Positions 8,402 to 18,603 of a stretch of 64,000 nt of DNA are shown here, in pieces. Both the position numbers and the translations under genes were made by a program. Numbering within the stretch: position 1 is the stretch's first letter; each line of letters begins with the position of its first letter. The notes under the pieces are model-generated. The model ran no database searches. It saw only the letters and a program-made list of their open reading frames with translations, and was not told the DNA's origin. Origin of the DNA: a virus (Duplodnaviria > Caudoviricetes); the IMG/VR virus record IMGVR_UViG_3300044259_000056, positions 1 to 64,000 of that record. One strand, given 5' to 3'.

Positions 8402-8883
8402 CAAATAATAGAAAAGCCTTCTTAGATATGTTGGCATGGAGTGAAGGAACATCAAATCACCCTATTACACGAAATAGTGGTTATGATGTTATTGTGACAG
8501 GTCTTGATGGTAAACCTGAGATTTTTACTGATTACAGCAACCACCCTTTTGCTAATGGTAGACCTGCTAAAGTCTTCAACAAACAAGGACAAAGTTCTAC
8601 AGCGTCAGGAAGATATCAACTGTTATACAGGTGGTATACACCCTATGCAAAAATGTTAGGCTTGAGGGATTTTTCACCAGCATCTCAGGATGCTATTGCT
8701 TTGCAGCAAATCAAAGAAAGAAAAGCTTTATCAGCAATAGATGTTGGAGATATTGTAACAGCAATTAACCTTTGTTCTAACATATGGGCATCATTGCCCG
8801 GTAATGACTATGGGCAAAGGCAGCATAACATAGATTACTTATTAGATGTCTATGTTAAATCTGGTGGTCAGTTAAAAAAGTAG
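8398..8883 (+). CDS. Endolysin, lambda R-type lytic transglycosylase
   Basis: RKAFLDMLAWSEGT, STASGRYQ, DFSPASQD, CSNIWASLPG. Confidence 0.95.
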   Translation: MTNNRKAFLDMLAWSEGTSNHPITRNSGYDVIVTGLDGKPEIFTDYSNHPFANGRPAKVFNKQGQSSTASGRYQLLYRWYTPYAKMLGLRDFSPASQDAIALQQIKERKALSAIDVGDIVTAINLCSNIWASLPGNDYGQRQHNIDYLLDVYVKSGGQLKK

Positions 8884-8890
8884 AGGTATC

Positions 8891-9241
8891 ATGTTAAGTA
8901 ATTATTATATGTTTTTTGTTGTTCTTGTTATTTTAGTAGTAGGTGTTTTATTTTATTTTATTAAATCACCTAAACACGAATTTATAGAGACAGCAAACAA
9001 ATGGCATAAGAAATTTAGTGTTTGGTTATCTGCAATAAATGCAGGTATTTTAAGTTTTACATCTGTCAATCCACAATCTATGATTAGTATTTGGAATGCT
9101 TTACCAGAAGACCTAAAAACAGTTTTGCCACAGAACTTTATTCAATTCATTTCAGTGTCGCTGATAGTGTTATCAGTTATATCAAGTCAGGTTAAACAAC
9201 CAAAACTGACAAAAGACACTACAAAAACTAGTGAAGGTTGA
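8891..9241 (+). CDS. Putative holin
   Basis: Hydrophobic segments and a charged C-terminus, located between endolysin and spanins. Confidence 0.7.
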   Translation: MLSNYYMFFVVLVILVVGVLFYFIKSPKHEFIETANKWHKKFSVWLSAINAGILSFTSVNPQSMISIWNALPEDLKTVLPQNFIQFISVSLIVLSVISSQVKQPKLTKDTTKTSEG

Positions 9242-9662
9242 TATGCAAATGTTTACTTTATTAAAAAATCTCTTATCTAATAAATATATTGTTGGTGCAT
9301 TACTATCTCTACTTATCCTATCAAGTTTATTTTATGTTTACAAGACAAAGATAGATTTTTATTATAAACAAGGTTATGAAATTGGGGTAAAAGATACTGA
9401 GAGTATTTTTGAAAAGAAACAGTTAGAGATAAAAACACAGCAAGATATTGAGCGGGCAGATAAAGAAAATCAGATATTATCTTTAAATAGTCAGAATGAC
9501 ACACTAAGAGAGCAAATCAGAGTTGTTGAAAAAGATAAGAATGACAAGCAACGTGACTTAGAAAAGAGATTAAAACAATATGAAAACAATAAGATTAATG
9601 ATGTTTTGTGTTATGGCCCTAATGATGACGGCCTGCACATCATCCAAGACAGCCTCAAATAA
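9231..9662 (+). CDS. i-spanin (Rz-like)
   Basis: One N-terminal TM followed by a long coiled coil. Confidence 0.8.
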   Translation: MKVDMQMFTLLKNLLSNKYIVGALLSLLILSSLFYVYKTKIDFYYKQGYEIGVKDTESIFEKKQLEIKTQQDIERADKENQILSLNSQNDTLREQIRVVEKDKNDKQRDLEKRLKQYENNKINDVLCYGPNDDGLHIIQDSLK

Positions 9663-9912
9663 TGTAGTTGTAGCAGAATGTGTTAATTCAAATATTAAAC
9701 CATCAAGACCTGATGATACAATGATGGTTGACAACTCTCTTGATATGTCTTCTTTATTAACAGATAAACAGATAAATAGTGGGTTAAGTAAAAGTGAAGT
9801 AACACGACTAGTAACAACACTCTCTTATGAACTGAAACAAGAGAAGACAAGGACTTTATATTTTAGAAAATACATTTCAAATCTGCAATCCACTGGTGTC
9901 ATTGAGAAGTAA
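9580..9912 (+). CDS. o-spanin lipoprotein (Rz1-like, overlapping)
   Basis: Lipobox MTAC; overlaps the 3' end of the i-spanin in another frame. Confidence 0.8.
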   Translation: MKTIRLMMFCVMALMMTACTSSKTASNNVVVAECVNSNIKPSRPDDTMMVDNSLDMSSLLTDKQINSGLSKSEVTRLVTTLSYELKQEKTRTLYFRKYISNLQSTGVIEK

Positions 9913-9954
9913 GTTATCATTATAAATTAATATTATTTTAATTCAAGAGGCATC

Positions 9955-10818
9955 ATGGAAATTATTAAAACTATAAGTGTTGGAAGATCATGGACAGATA
10001 TCAATATAAGTTCACCAGCATTAGAACAGAAATTTACCTATCTTGTTGAGAATATTTCTAGTATTCCATTGAGATATGTTGTTAATAATAGCACAACACA
10101 ACCAACTGGATTAACAGAAAGTGCTGTAGTAATGCCAGATGAGGTTATTATTATACCTAAAGGTTCCTCTCATGTTTGGTTCACAAGTGATGTAGATTCT
10201 TCCTCTACTGGTAAAATATTAGTTAGTAAGGCATTGAGTTACGATATAAGATCTTCAATAAGGAAGTCACCAAGACTAGCAGATACAAGACTCTTAACTC
10301 AAACTTTAACACAAAATGAGATAGGTTCCATAGAAGGTAGACTTTATTTTTATCTTGTTGATATATCAATTCCTGCCAGCACCACAAGATGGTTGTCTTT
10401 TCAATGTCCATCAGATAAAGAATGTGCGATATTATCTATAAATGCTTCACCGTCTTATACAGGCTTTGAACTACAAATAGTAGAAGGTTCTAGTGGATTA
10501 GGTTCAGGAACACAGATATTGCCTAAATCTAGAAATAGGAACTATGGTGTCAATTCTACAGCAAGTATTTCTTTATTAACTAATTCACCAACAACACCCG
10601 GAACAATTTATGATATTCCTGTGTTTATCCCATTATCAGGAACTAATCCTGCACAAAGACAAGCTACTGTAGGTAGTAGAGAAGAAGGTTATCTTGTTTA
10701 TGGTAAAGGTAGTGGATATCAGTTGAAGATGATTAACACTTCTACAGAAATAAATAGAGTCATCTTAAGAGTTAGTTGGTTAGAGGCCACAGATAATATA
10801 TTAGATGATGTGTCATAG
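9955..10818 (+). CDS. Putative virion structural protein
   Basis: S/T/G-rich beta-strand sequence; N-terminal domain resembles 55863-56129. Confidence 0.55.
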   Translation: MEIIKTISVGRSWTDINISSPALEQKFTYLVENISSIPLRYVVNNSTTQPTGLTESAVVMPDEVIIIPKGSSHVWFTSDVDSSSTGKILVSKALSYDIRSSIRKSPRLADTRLLTQTLTQNEIGSIEGRLYFYLVDISIPASTTRWLSFQCPSDKECAILSINASPSYTGFELQIVEGSSGLGSGTQILPKSRNRNYGVNSTASISLLTNSPTTPGTIYDIPVFIPLSGTNPAQRQATVGSREEGYLVYGKGSGYQLKMINTSTEINRVILRVSWLEATDNILDDVS

Positions 10819-10825
10819 GAGTAAA

Positions 10826-12608
10826 ATGTCAGAAAGCATTATAATTGCCCCTCAACCGGGGCCACAAGAACAATTTGTAAACCTAAGAGACAATATTCCA
10901 TTAGTATTTTATGGGGGTGAAATAACCTGCTCGCCCCGTTGCACAGTAATGTGTAACTAGTTCCTATCTAATTCGGTGAAGTCTTAACACATAACGGTGA
11001 AGATAATACCGAGCCAAGCAGCTAAACATCTTTTAAGATATTTAGTGGGCGTGTGTGGAGGTCATTATGTAGTGGTCAAGTGACTGCGAAACGGTAGGCT
11101 CCTGTCAATCAGGATGAAGATATGACCCGACACTTCCAGAAATGGAAGAAAAGTTTAACGAACTTTATAACAGAAAGGCAGCAGGCGGCGGAAAAAGTTA
11201 CTCTATACTAATGGATGTTTTAAAATATGTAGATGATCCGTATTATTATGCAGTATTTTTTAGAAAGACAGTTAAACAAATAGAAAGGACGTTATGGCCT
11301 GAAGCAAAGGATATGTACGATCCATTTTTAAAAGAGCAATCTGGACCTAGAAAAGGTAAGTTTAAAGGAAAAGCCCAAATAAGGGAAAAAGATAAAGTTA
11401 TTATCTTCCCGTCAGGAGCAAAGGTTGAGTTTGCCTACCTAGATACAGATAGAGATGCAAAAGAGAATTTTCAAGGTGCTCAAATAAACGCAGCATATTT
11501 TGATGAATTTGGACATTTCTCAGAGTTTGTGTTCAACTATATAAGAACTCGTATGAGGTCAAAACCAACAGCAAAATATTTACCTTATATTCGTTGTACA
11601 TTAAACCCAGAACCAAACCATTTTGTTCTTAAATATTTAAGTAGATACATTGGAGAAGATGGGCTTCCAATAAAAGAATACTCTGGTAGACCTGCATACT
11701 TCTTAAATGTTAAAGGTGAGATAATAACTGCGTGGAGTGAAGAAGAGTTATTAAAACTTCACCCAGATAAAAAACCACGTATGTATACCTTTATTCCTTC
11801 TTCTTTGAGTGATAACAAAAAACTACTTGAAGTTAACCCTGAGTATGCAGATGATTTACTTGCAAATGACCCAGCAAATGCTGAATTACTTTTAAGGGGG
11901 AATTGGTTATATAAACCAGCAGCTAATGGTGTTTTTGAAAAATCAACTATAAAAGTTGTTGATAAAGTTCCTCTCGGAAGTAAGTATATTAGAGCATGGG
12001 ATAAAGCATCCTCTAAACCTGTTAGTGAAGGTGGTGATAGCAAACAGAAAGACCCAGACTATACAGCAAGTATCTTGTTTGCAAAAGATAAAGAAGGCTT
12101 TATTTATGTGATGGGGAATTATTATAGGGAACAAGACAATTCTCAAAGGTCTAGGTTTAGAGAAAGACCGGGAACAAGAGATACTTACATTGAACAGCAA
12201 GCATATCATGATGGGGATGATGTCACAATAATTCTACCATGTGACCCCGGACAGGCTGGTATTGTAGAGCTACAGGAAAGTTCAAAGAAATTACAATCAC
12301 TTGGTTTTACAGTTAAACCAGACCCATTGCCGGGTAACAAAAGTAAGAGAATAAGATTTGAACCTTTTTGCACAGCTTGTCATATTGGGAATGTCTTCTG
12401 GGTAAAATCTTCCTTTGATCCGAAAGTATGGGATTACTTAATAATGGAACTTGAAAACTTTGATGGTGATAAAAATAATGGATACCATGATGATTTTGTA
12501 GACTGTTTTTCAACAGCTTATGCATCTTGCTTAAAAGAGAAAGTACAAGAACCTGTTGCATTCCATGCAATATCTGCACCTACATTAAAATACAAAGCAA
12601 GAATTTAA
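10826..12608 (+). CDS. terL: Terminase large subunit, spliced (exons 10826-10918 and 11178-12608; 507 aa)
   Basis: Exon 1 MSESIIIAPQPGPQEQF...VFYGG joins AAGGGKSY to restore Walker A. Walker B AAYFDE and the nuclease motifs RAWDKA and HDDFVD are present. Confidence 0.92.
10919..11177 (+). mobile_element. Group I intron in terL (259 nt, no ORF)
   Basis: Exon ends in U and the intron in G. P1 GGGGU pairs with IGS GCCCC (10933-37); P10 CCUGCU pairs with AGCAGG; P4 UUCGGUG/UACCGAG; P7 GGUCAU (11060-65)/AUGACC (11122-27). Confidence 0.9.
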
Positions 12609-12615
12609 TGTCACT

Positions 12616-12644
12616 TTGACTTATTTCAACTTTAAGTGTAGAAT
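12616..12644 (+). promoter_or_regulatory. Sigma70-like promoter for head operon
   Basis: TTGACT-17-TAGAAT. Confidence 0.65.
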
Positions 12645-12694
12645 AATCATAGGAACTTAAATAAATTGTTCTTATAATTATAAAGTGAGGAAAT

Positions 12695-15230
12695 GTGACA
12701 GATGTTAAAACTAAGAGGACTTATAGAAAGAAATCTTCTTATTGGGAGGAGAGAAAATCTTCAGTAAGTCCTCAGTCTATAGAAAAAGCCAGTAACATGG
12801 ATATGTCTACCTCAAGGTTAAGGTTGGGTGAAATTGGTTCTACTGCACTTTCAACAATTAAGTTGTACGCAGATTGGAGAAAACCTTATGATCTAAAATG
12901 GCCTGAGTGCATTAGAACCTATAATGAAATGGAGTATGATGACGATGTAGCAACAGCATTGGATGCAAGTTACACATTCGTAGAAAGGGCATTTGTTGAA
13001 CCAGAAGTAGTTTATAATAAAGAATCAGAAGTCTCTATTGAGGCAGCAAGATTTTTAAAGTGGTGCCTTAATAACATGGACGACGGTATGACATTACGCT
13101 CTGCTGTTCGTTCAGCTATCACTTTTAAAAAGTATGGTTTTAGTGTCCTAGAGAAGTGTTATACTCAAGTTACTTCTGGTGAATATGCTGGGATGTATAA
13201 GTTGCAGAAGTTAGCAACTAGGCCACAAGAAACACTGAATAAAGCAAACCCATATGTGTATTCAGATGATGGCAGGACAGTTATTGGTATTATTCAGTCT
13301 ATAAATGCAGTATCATCTACAAATGCAATAATCCCTGCATCTATTGTTGGTGATAGGTTTTTACCAAGGAAAAAATTACTTATTTTTGGTTATAACTCCA
13401 CAGATTCAAATCCTTTCGGTGTTTCTCCTTTAGCTAGTATATATCAAGATTGGAAAGAAAAAGTTCTTATATCAGACTATGAAGTTGTTGGTGTTAGTAA
13501 GGACTTGGGTGGTAAACTAAGAGCTGCCTCCCTTTAATAAAACTTCCTTAACTGCTGGAAACCCCTAAAGCTTGATTGTTCATTTCATCTATGTTACATT
13601 AAGAATGAAATAAAACAATCGAGATGCAACAATGGGCAATCAGCAGCGAAGTTCTGCTGATCCTTGGATGAGGATCATATGAAGATAGAAATAGAAAGTA
13701 GTGGATATTATATAACAGATTCTGGAGAGGTTTATAGCAGACGTGGTAATAAACTATGTCCTGTTCTTAACCATAAAGGATATTTGACGGTTAAAATATT
13801 TTACGAAAAGGGTAAATATAAGACTAAGTTTGTTCATAGACTAGTTGCAGAAGCTTTTATTGAAAATCCTAATAATTTGGAAACAGTCAACCATAAAAAT
13901 GGTGTAAAAACAGATAATACTAAAGACAATTTAGAATGGATGAGTAGATTAGACAACACCAAACATGCAGCAAATGTATTACAGGCTCAAAAAGGTGACA
14001 AAGCAACTAATTTGACAATAAACTCTGATATAGCTAGGGAAATTTGTAAACTACTAGAGAAAGATATGCGTAATATTGATATATCTGTTCTATTAAATGT
14101 CCCCAAAAATATTGTTAGAGATATCAGAATAAGAAAAACTTGGACTCATTTATCCAAAGAATATAAGTTTTCTATTTCAAAACATGCAAGAAATGTTAAA
14201 ACTTCTAGCAGAAAATGTTCAACGACTATCGAAAGCATAGGTTAAATGAGAGATAAATAGATTATCTTTTATTATAACTAAAGAAGCAAGTAGAGTACAG
14301 CCAAGTGGTAGGTTGCCATAGTGGAATGGCTATGGTTATAAAACCCTTTAAATGGAAACAGGAAGCATCTCTTTGAGATGAAGATATAGTCTGATCTGCA
14401 TGGAAACATGCAGCAGCTTGAATAAAGCGGGGAGGGATTAACGAACCCTCCTGAACATTATGATGCCTGTCCTTGGTGTTCCAAAAGATATCATAAATAA
14501 AGCAGCAGCAAATCCCGGTGGCGAAGAAGCTAAATCCTTGTATGTATTAGAACAAAATTTAGCTAATCTTCATGCAGGGGAACAAGCATATATTATGCTA
14601 CCATCTGATCCATTTGATAATACACAAGTAAAAGAATATTCTATAGAATTTAAAGGAATTTCAGGTAGCGGTAAACAGTTTGATACTGGAAAACTTATAG
14701 AACGTAGAACTAAGGCTATTTATAATAGACTTGGTGCAGGATTCTTAATAACAGGGGATTCTGGGTCTGGTTCTTATGCATTAAGTGATAATAAACAAAC
14801 TTTCCATAGTCATACTATTGAACGTGATATTGACATTACTCTAGAAGTCCTTAATAAAGAACTAGTTCCACAGTTGCTAGCTTTGAATGGAATATATCTT
14901 GAGGATAAAGATATGCCAAAGATAAAAGCTGGAACTGTTGGTGATCCTGATGTAGAAGCTAATTCTAAGATGATTCAGCGTGTAGTTAGTGTTGGTGCTG
15001 TTCCAATGGTTCCAGAAGTTATTAATGAGTTTTTAGAAAAACTTGGATTAAGTTACAGGCTACCTGTTGATATTATCTCGGATGAGAAAGCTTATCAAGA
15101 CTTTGTTAGTAAATATCTTCCTGCAAATGTCTCAAGGGCAGGCGATGGGATGAGTAAACCGGGGAATGGTACATCAAACTCTGTAGCGTCAACAGATAAT
15201 TCATCTTTAAATTTGGATAATGCCTCTTGA
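12695..15230 (+). CDS. Portal protein, spliced (exons 12695-13513 and 14463-15230; 528 aa)
   Basis: Follows terL; RLRLGEIG at the N-terminus; junction KDLGG|MPVLGVP is in frame. Confidence 0.88.
13514..14462 (+). mobile_element. Group I intron (IA2-like) in portal gene, 949 nt, encoding an HNH endonuclease
   Basis: P1 GGUGGU pairs with IGS GCUGCC (13523-28); P4 UGCUGG/UCAGCA; P7 GACUA (14224-28)/UAGUC (14387-91); terminal G at 14462. Confidence 0.92.
13679..14245 (+). CDS. Intron-encoded HNH homing endonuclease (I-HmuI-like)
   Basis: HRLVAEAFIENPNNLETVNHKNGVKTDNTKDNLEW; SD GAGGA precedes ATG 13679; the 3' end runs into P7. Confidence 0.9.
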   Translation: MKIEIESSGYYITDSGEVYSRRGNKLCPVLNHKGYLTVKIFYEKGKYKTKFVHRLVAEAFIENPNNLETVNHKNGVKTDNTKDNLEWMSRLDNTKHAANVLQAQKGDKATNLTINSDIAREICKLLEKDMRNIDISVLLNVPKNIVRDIRIRKTWTHLSKEYKFSISKHARNVKTSSRKCSTTIESIG

Positions 15231-15387
15231 TAACTTTTGTTTTATTGTTTTTCATATTAAAATACTTTAATAAATGTTGTATTAAATAACTACAAATTTA
15301 TGTTAACTGTTGACTTATATTAAATTTTATTTTAAAATAAGTAATAGGAACCCTGCTAACATAACAGCAGATTATATTGGAGGTCTT

Positions 15388-15843
15388 TTGTTTAACAAAG
15401 ATAAACTCCTTTCTCTATTCAAAACCTTTCTTGATGAAAACATCTCTGACCAACCTACTGTTGAAATCATAAAACAATTTGATGAAGAAAAGATGGAGGC
15501 AGTTGAGGTATTATACTGCCCACCAGACCAAGCAGACCTTCATCAAGAGGCAATGACAGAAGATGAAATCGTTAAGATGGTTGATAATCTTAATGCAGCT
15601 ATTAAGAAAGGTAGAGTTAAAGGAAATATTGCTCATGCTGTAAATACAGATAAGATTTATCCTGTAGAAGCTTGGGTAAATAAAGTAGCTTGTGATATTG
15701 GTGGTAAAACCATTCCAGCAGGAATGCCACTAATTAAAATGAAGTTTACTGATAGACAGCTTTGGGAAGAAAGGAAATCAGGAAAATTAAAAGGTGTATC
15801 AATGGGTGCTCGTGGAGAAAGAGTTGAGGTAAAGAATGATTAA
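15388..15843 (+). CDS. Prohead protease (XkdF-like)
   Basis: DLHQEAM, GNIAHAVN, GKLKGVSMGA; TTG start after SD GGAGG (track start 15310). Confidence 0.8.
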   Translation: MFNKDKLLSLFKTFLDENISDQPTVEIIKQFDEEKMEAVEVLYCPPDQADLHQEAMTEDEIVKMVDNLNAAIKKGRVKGNIAHAVNTDKIYPVEAWVNKVACDIGGKTIPAGMPLIKMKFTDRQLWEERKSGKLKGVSMGARGERVEVKND

Positions 15844-17128
15844 AAATTACCTTCAAAACGTATCCTTTGATTTTGAGGAAAATGAAGAGAGCCTTGGCCC
15901 ACATATTGCATACACACTTGAATTTCAGGGTGGTGCAGCATCTGGATACAATGATCCAATTCTCCTAAAATCAAAGAAAACTGTTATTACCAGTGAGGTG
16001 ATAAAAGGTCTAAAAGAGGTAGGAATAGACACCTCTAGTTTGGAGAAATCAATGTTTCAGAGTGATCTGCGTGAACAACTACAAAGTGCTATCAGGGAAA
16101 AAGCATTTTGTGATGAATATGATTGGTGTTGGGTTTGTGATTTTAACGATGAAATAGTTGTATTCTGTAGTGATGATGGCTTATATAGTGTTGCTTATGT
16201 CATTGAGGATAATTCTGTTAAAGTTGATAATATAGCTAATCCTGTTGTCCGTTTAATTGACTATGTTGCTGTTGATGGTGAAGTAAAAGTTAGTGAAGAA
16301 ATGGAAGACAAGCTAGAACAACAAATGATGGATATGTTGAATAAAGCTAACTCCCAACCAGACCTAAAAAAATTCATTCTTAAAGCTGTCACTAAGAAAG
16401 AAGGGAATGAAAATCTTACTGCTGATAAATATGCATATACTCCAGACAAAGAAAAAGTTTCTACTTGGAAATTGCGTATTGATACTGCTGCAAACACCAG
16501 TGCTGCCGTTGCTGCATTAGGAAAAGGATTCCGTGGAAATAAAGTTAAAATCCCATCAGCAGATTTACCTGCTGTTAAAAAGAAAGTCTCTACAGCTTAT
16601 AAGAAATTTTATCCAGACAAAGAATTGCCAGAGATATTGAAATCAAAAACAGAGGTTCCAGCCTCTGCAAGTAAACTAGAAAAAGGAGCCTCCGTGGATT
16701 TACAAGAACTAATGAAGAGTAATGAGTTTGCTGAACTCTTGAAAGCTGAAATTGCAAAAGCAACTGCAAACGAAGCCAAAGAAAAAGAAGAACTTCAAAA
16801 AGCTTTGAATACTGAAAAAGAACGTATTGCTGCACTGGAAGCTAAAGAAGTTGAGCGTGTTGAGAAATCACATCGTGACATTCTTAAATCTTTCTCATCT
16901 TTTATTGCCGAAGATAAAACTGAAGCACTTGTAAAAGCTTTCATGAAAGATGCAGAGACTGCTCTTGTGGTAATTGAAGTTTTAGAAAAAGCTAACTCTG
17001 TCGTTGAACAGGTTAAGAAAGAATTCGGTGCTGAGGTTGGAGTTAACGTTAAAGTTGAAGACTCTGCTAGCCTACAAGAGAAAATCATTGCTAAAGCTAA
17101 AGCAATGAAAGAAGCCCAATCTAAATAA
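15836..17128 (+). CDS. Head scaffold/morphogenesis protein with internal basic domain
   Basis: HIAYT...GGAASGYN N-terminus and coiled-coil C-terminus, directly upstream of the capsid genes. Confidence 0.7.
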   Translation: MIKNYLQNVSFDFEENEESLGPHIAYTLEFQGGAASGYNDPILLKSKKTVITSEVIKGLKEVGIDTSSLEKSMFQSDLREQLQSAIREKAFCDEYDWCWVCDFNDEIVVFCSDDGLYSVAYVIEDNSVKVDNIANPVVRLIDYVAVDGEVKVSEEMEDKLEQQMMDMLNKANSQPDLKKFILKAVTKKEGNENLTADKYAYTPDKEKVSTWKLRIDTAANTSAAVAALGKGFRGNKVKIPSADLPAVKKKVSTAYKKFYPDKELPEILKSKTEVPASASKLEKGASVDLQELMKSNEFAELLKAEIAKATANEAKEKEELQKALNTEKERIAALEAKEVERVEKSHRDILKSFSSFIAEDKTEALVKAFMKDAETALVVIEVLEKANSVVEQVKKEFGAEVGVNVKVEDSASLQEKIIAKAKAMKEAQSK

Positions 17129-17146
17129 TAAAAAGGGAAAATAAAA

Positions 17147-17527
17147 ATGGCAATTGCTACATACACTTCTTCTGATCGTTACACCGATCTTGTTCTGGGT
17201 CAGGTTGACGCAACTGACTTGGGTTATTCTTTTGAGACTGTAAACGTCACCAAAACAGCCACCACTCGTATTGGTTCTTTGCTTGCAGGTGCTACTGAAA
17301 TTGCAAACGCTGCTGCTGCAACGGCTAATGGTGTGATTGTATGGGTTGACAGTTATAATGGTCTGGATGATTTTGCAGTCGGCGCAACTGTTCCGTGTGT
17401 TGTTGCTAAACGTGCAGTGACTCTTAACCAGAATAAACTTGTATTTACCGATGGTGCAGTTAACGCAACTGCAATTACCGCTTTGAATGCTTTTGGCATC
17501 AAAGTTACTTCTAAAATTGTTAGCTAA
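17147..17527 (+). CDS. Head decoration protein
   Basis: Small A/T/V-rich protein immediately before the MCP. Confidence 0.75.
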   Translation: MAIATYTSSDRYTDLVLGQVDATDLGYSFETVNVTKTATTRIGSLLAGATEIANAAAATANGVIVWVDSYNGLDDFAVGATVPCVVAKRAVTLNQNKLVFTDGAVNATAITALNAFGIKVTSKIVS

Positions 17528-17540
17528 TTGAGGGATTAAG

Positions 17541-18539
17541 ATGCCAGTTGCTTTTACTGATAAACTATTGGACTTTACACCACTGTATGAGTTCATGACT
17601 ACCCCTGTTCCTAAAACTGTCACTAATCTTGACATGTTTGAAAAGAACTATAATATGACTGATTTGGCCTCTGTTGGTCGTTTGTCACATGCAGTAGGTA
17701 CTATTCCTGCACAAGCTCGTGGTGGCGAGCGTAATTTCATGATTTCTAATCCAGCTACCATGAAAGCATGGCAGATTCCATTCTTCCCACTGGATAAAAA
17801 TATCAAACCTACTGATGTTCAGAATTTCCTGAACATGATTAATGACCGAGATACCCCAGAAACTGCCCAAACTCTGGTGACTAAGTTTATGCAGCGTATG
17901 CGTAATGCTCATGCAACTACTAAGGAAAAGATTCGTACTTCTGCTATTAAGGGCACAAACTTCCTAGGTGGCGGTGTAGGTGTTTCAGTCAACTATTATA
18001 CTGAGTGGGGCTTGACTCAACAGACAGCTAACTTGGATTTTAGTTCTCCTACTGTAGACCCAGCAAGTGTTCTAGAAGCTAATGCTCGTGCATATATTAT
18101 CGATAATAAAGGTGATGATTCTGACTTCACAGAAGTTGTGGCTCTTTGTGGACGTAAATACTTCCAAGCACTGATCGATAACGCATATGTTCGCACTGCC
18201 TATTCTTATTATATGGATGGTGTTCAGCCTCTGCGTGATCGTGTTTCTGGTAATGTTGATGCACGTTCTTTTGAATACAAAGGTATCCGTTATATAGAAG
18301 ATATCTATGGTAATATTGAGACTAATAAAGCATATATCTTCCCTGTAGGTATTGATGGTATGTTCCATGAGTTTTATGCTCCTGCTGATACTATTGCCGA
18401 AGCAAATACTGAAGCTAAGGAAGAATATTTCTGGCTTGACTTGGAACGTCGCACTGCATCTATTCAGTCTGAATTTGGGCTGTTGGCTGTGAACACACGT
18501 CCTGAGCTGGTTGTATCTTCTACTGGTACTAACCTGTAA
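17541..18539 (+). CDS. Major capsid protein (lambda E-like HK97 fold)
   Basis: 332 aa, highly biased codons, RGGERN and IPFFPLD motifs, terminator follows. Confidence 0.9.
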   Translation: MPVAFTDKLLDFTPLYEFMTTPVPKTVTNLDMFEKNYNMTDLASVGRLSHAVGTIPAQARGGERNFMISNPATMKAWQIPFFPLDKNIKPTDVQNFLNMINDRDTPETAQTLVTKFMQRMRNAHATTKEKIRTSAIKGTNFLGGGVGVSVNYYTEWGLTQQTANLDFSSPTVDPASVLEANARAYIIDNKGDDSDFTEVVALCGRKYFQALIDNAYVRTAYSYYMDGVQPLRDRVSGNVDARSFEYKGIRYIEDIYGNIETNKAYIFPVGIDGMFHEFYAPADTIAEANTEAKEEYFWLDLERRTASIQSEFGLLAVNTRPELVVSSTGTNL

Positions 18540-18556
18540 GATTTAAGAGTAGATTA

Positions 18557-18584
18557 AGGGCTGGGCTTATTGCCCGGCCTTTTT
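18557..18584 (+). terminator. Rho-independent terminator after MCP
   Basis: GGGCTGGGC-TTATT-GCCCGGCC followed by TTTTT. Confidence 0.85.
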
Positions 18585-18603
18585 CATATGGAGAAAGCAC
18601 ACA

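Noticed and set aside
11059-11074. 16-nt identity AGGTCATTATGTAGTG between the terL intron and the promoter spacer at 59600-59615
   Set aside because: One isolated 16-mer match is about what chance predicts in 64 kb of AT-rich DNA, and the flanks do not extend.
11142-11177. Track start of terL (MEEKFNELYNRK)
   Set aside because: This is intron 3' sequence. It lacks an SD and would truncate Walker A and the Q-motif.
14460-14462. ATG starts at 14460 and 26778 as independent genes
   Set aside because: Both are the shared intron end CATTATG, whose last G is the terminal G. They are not initiation codons.
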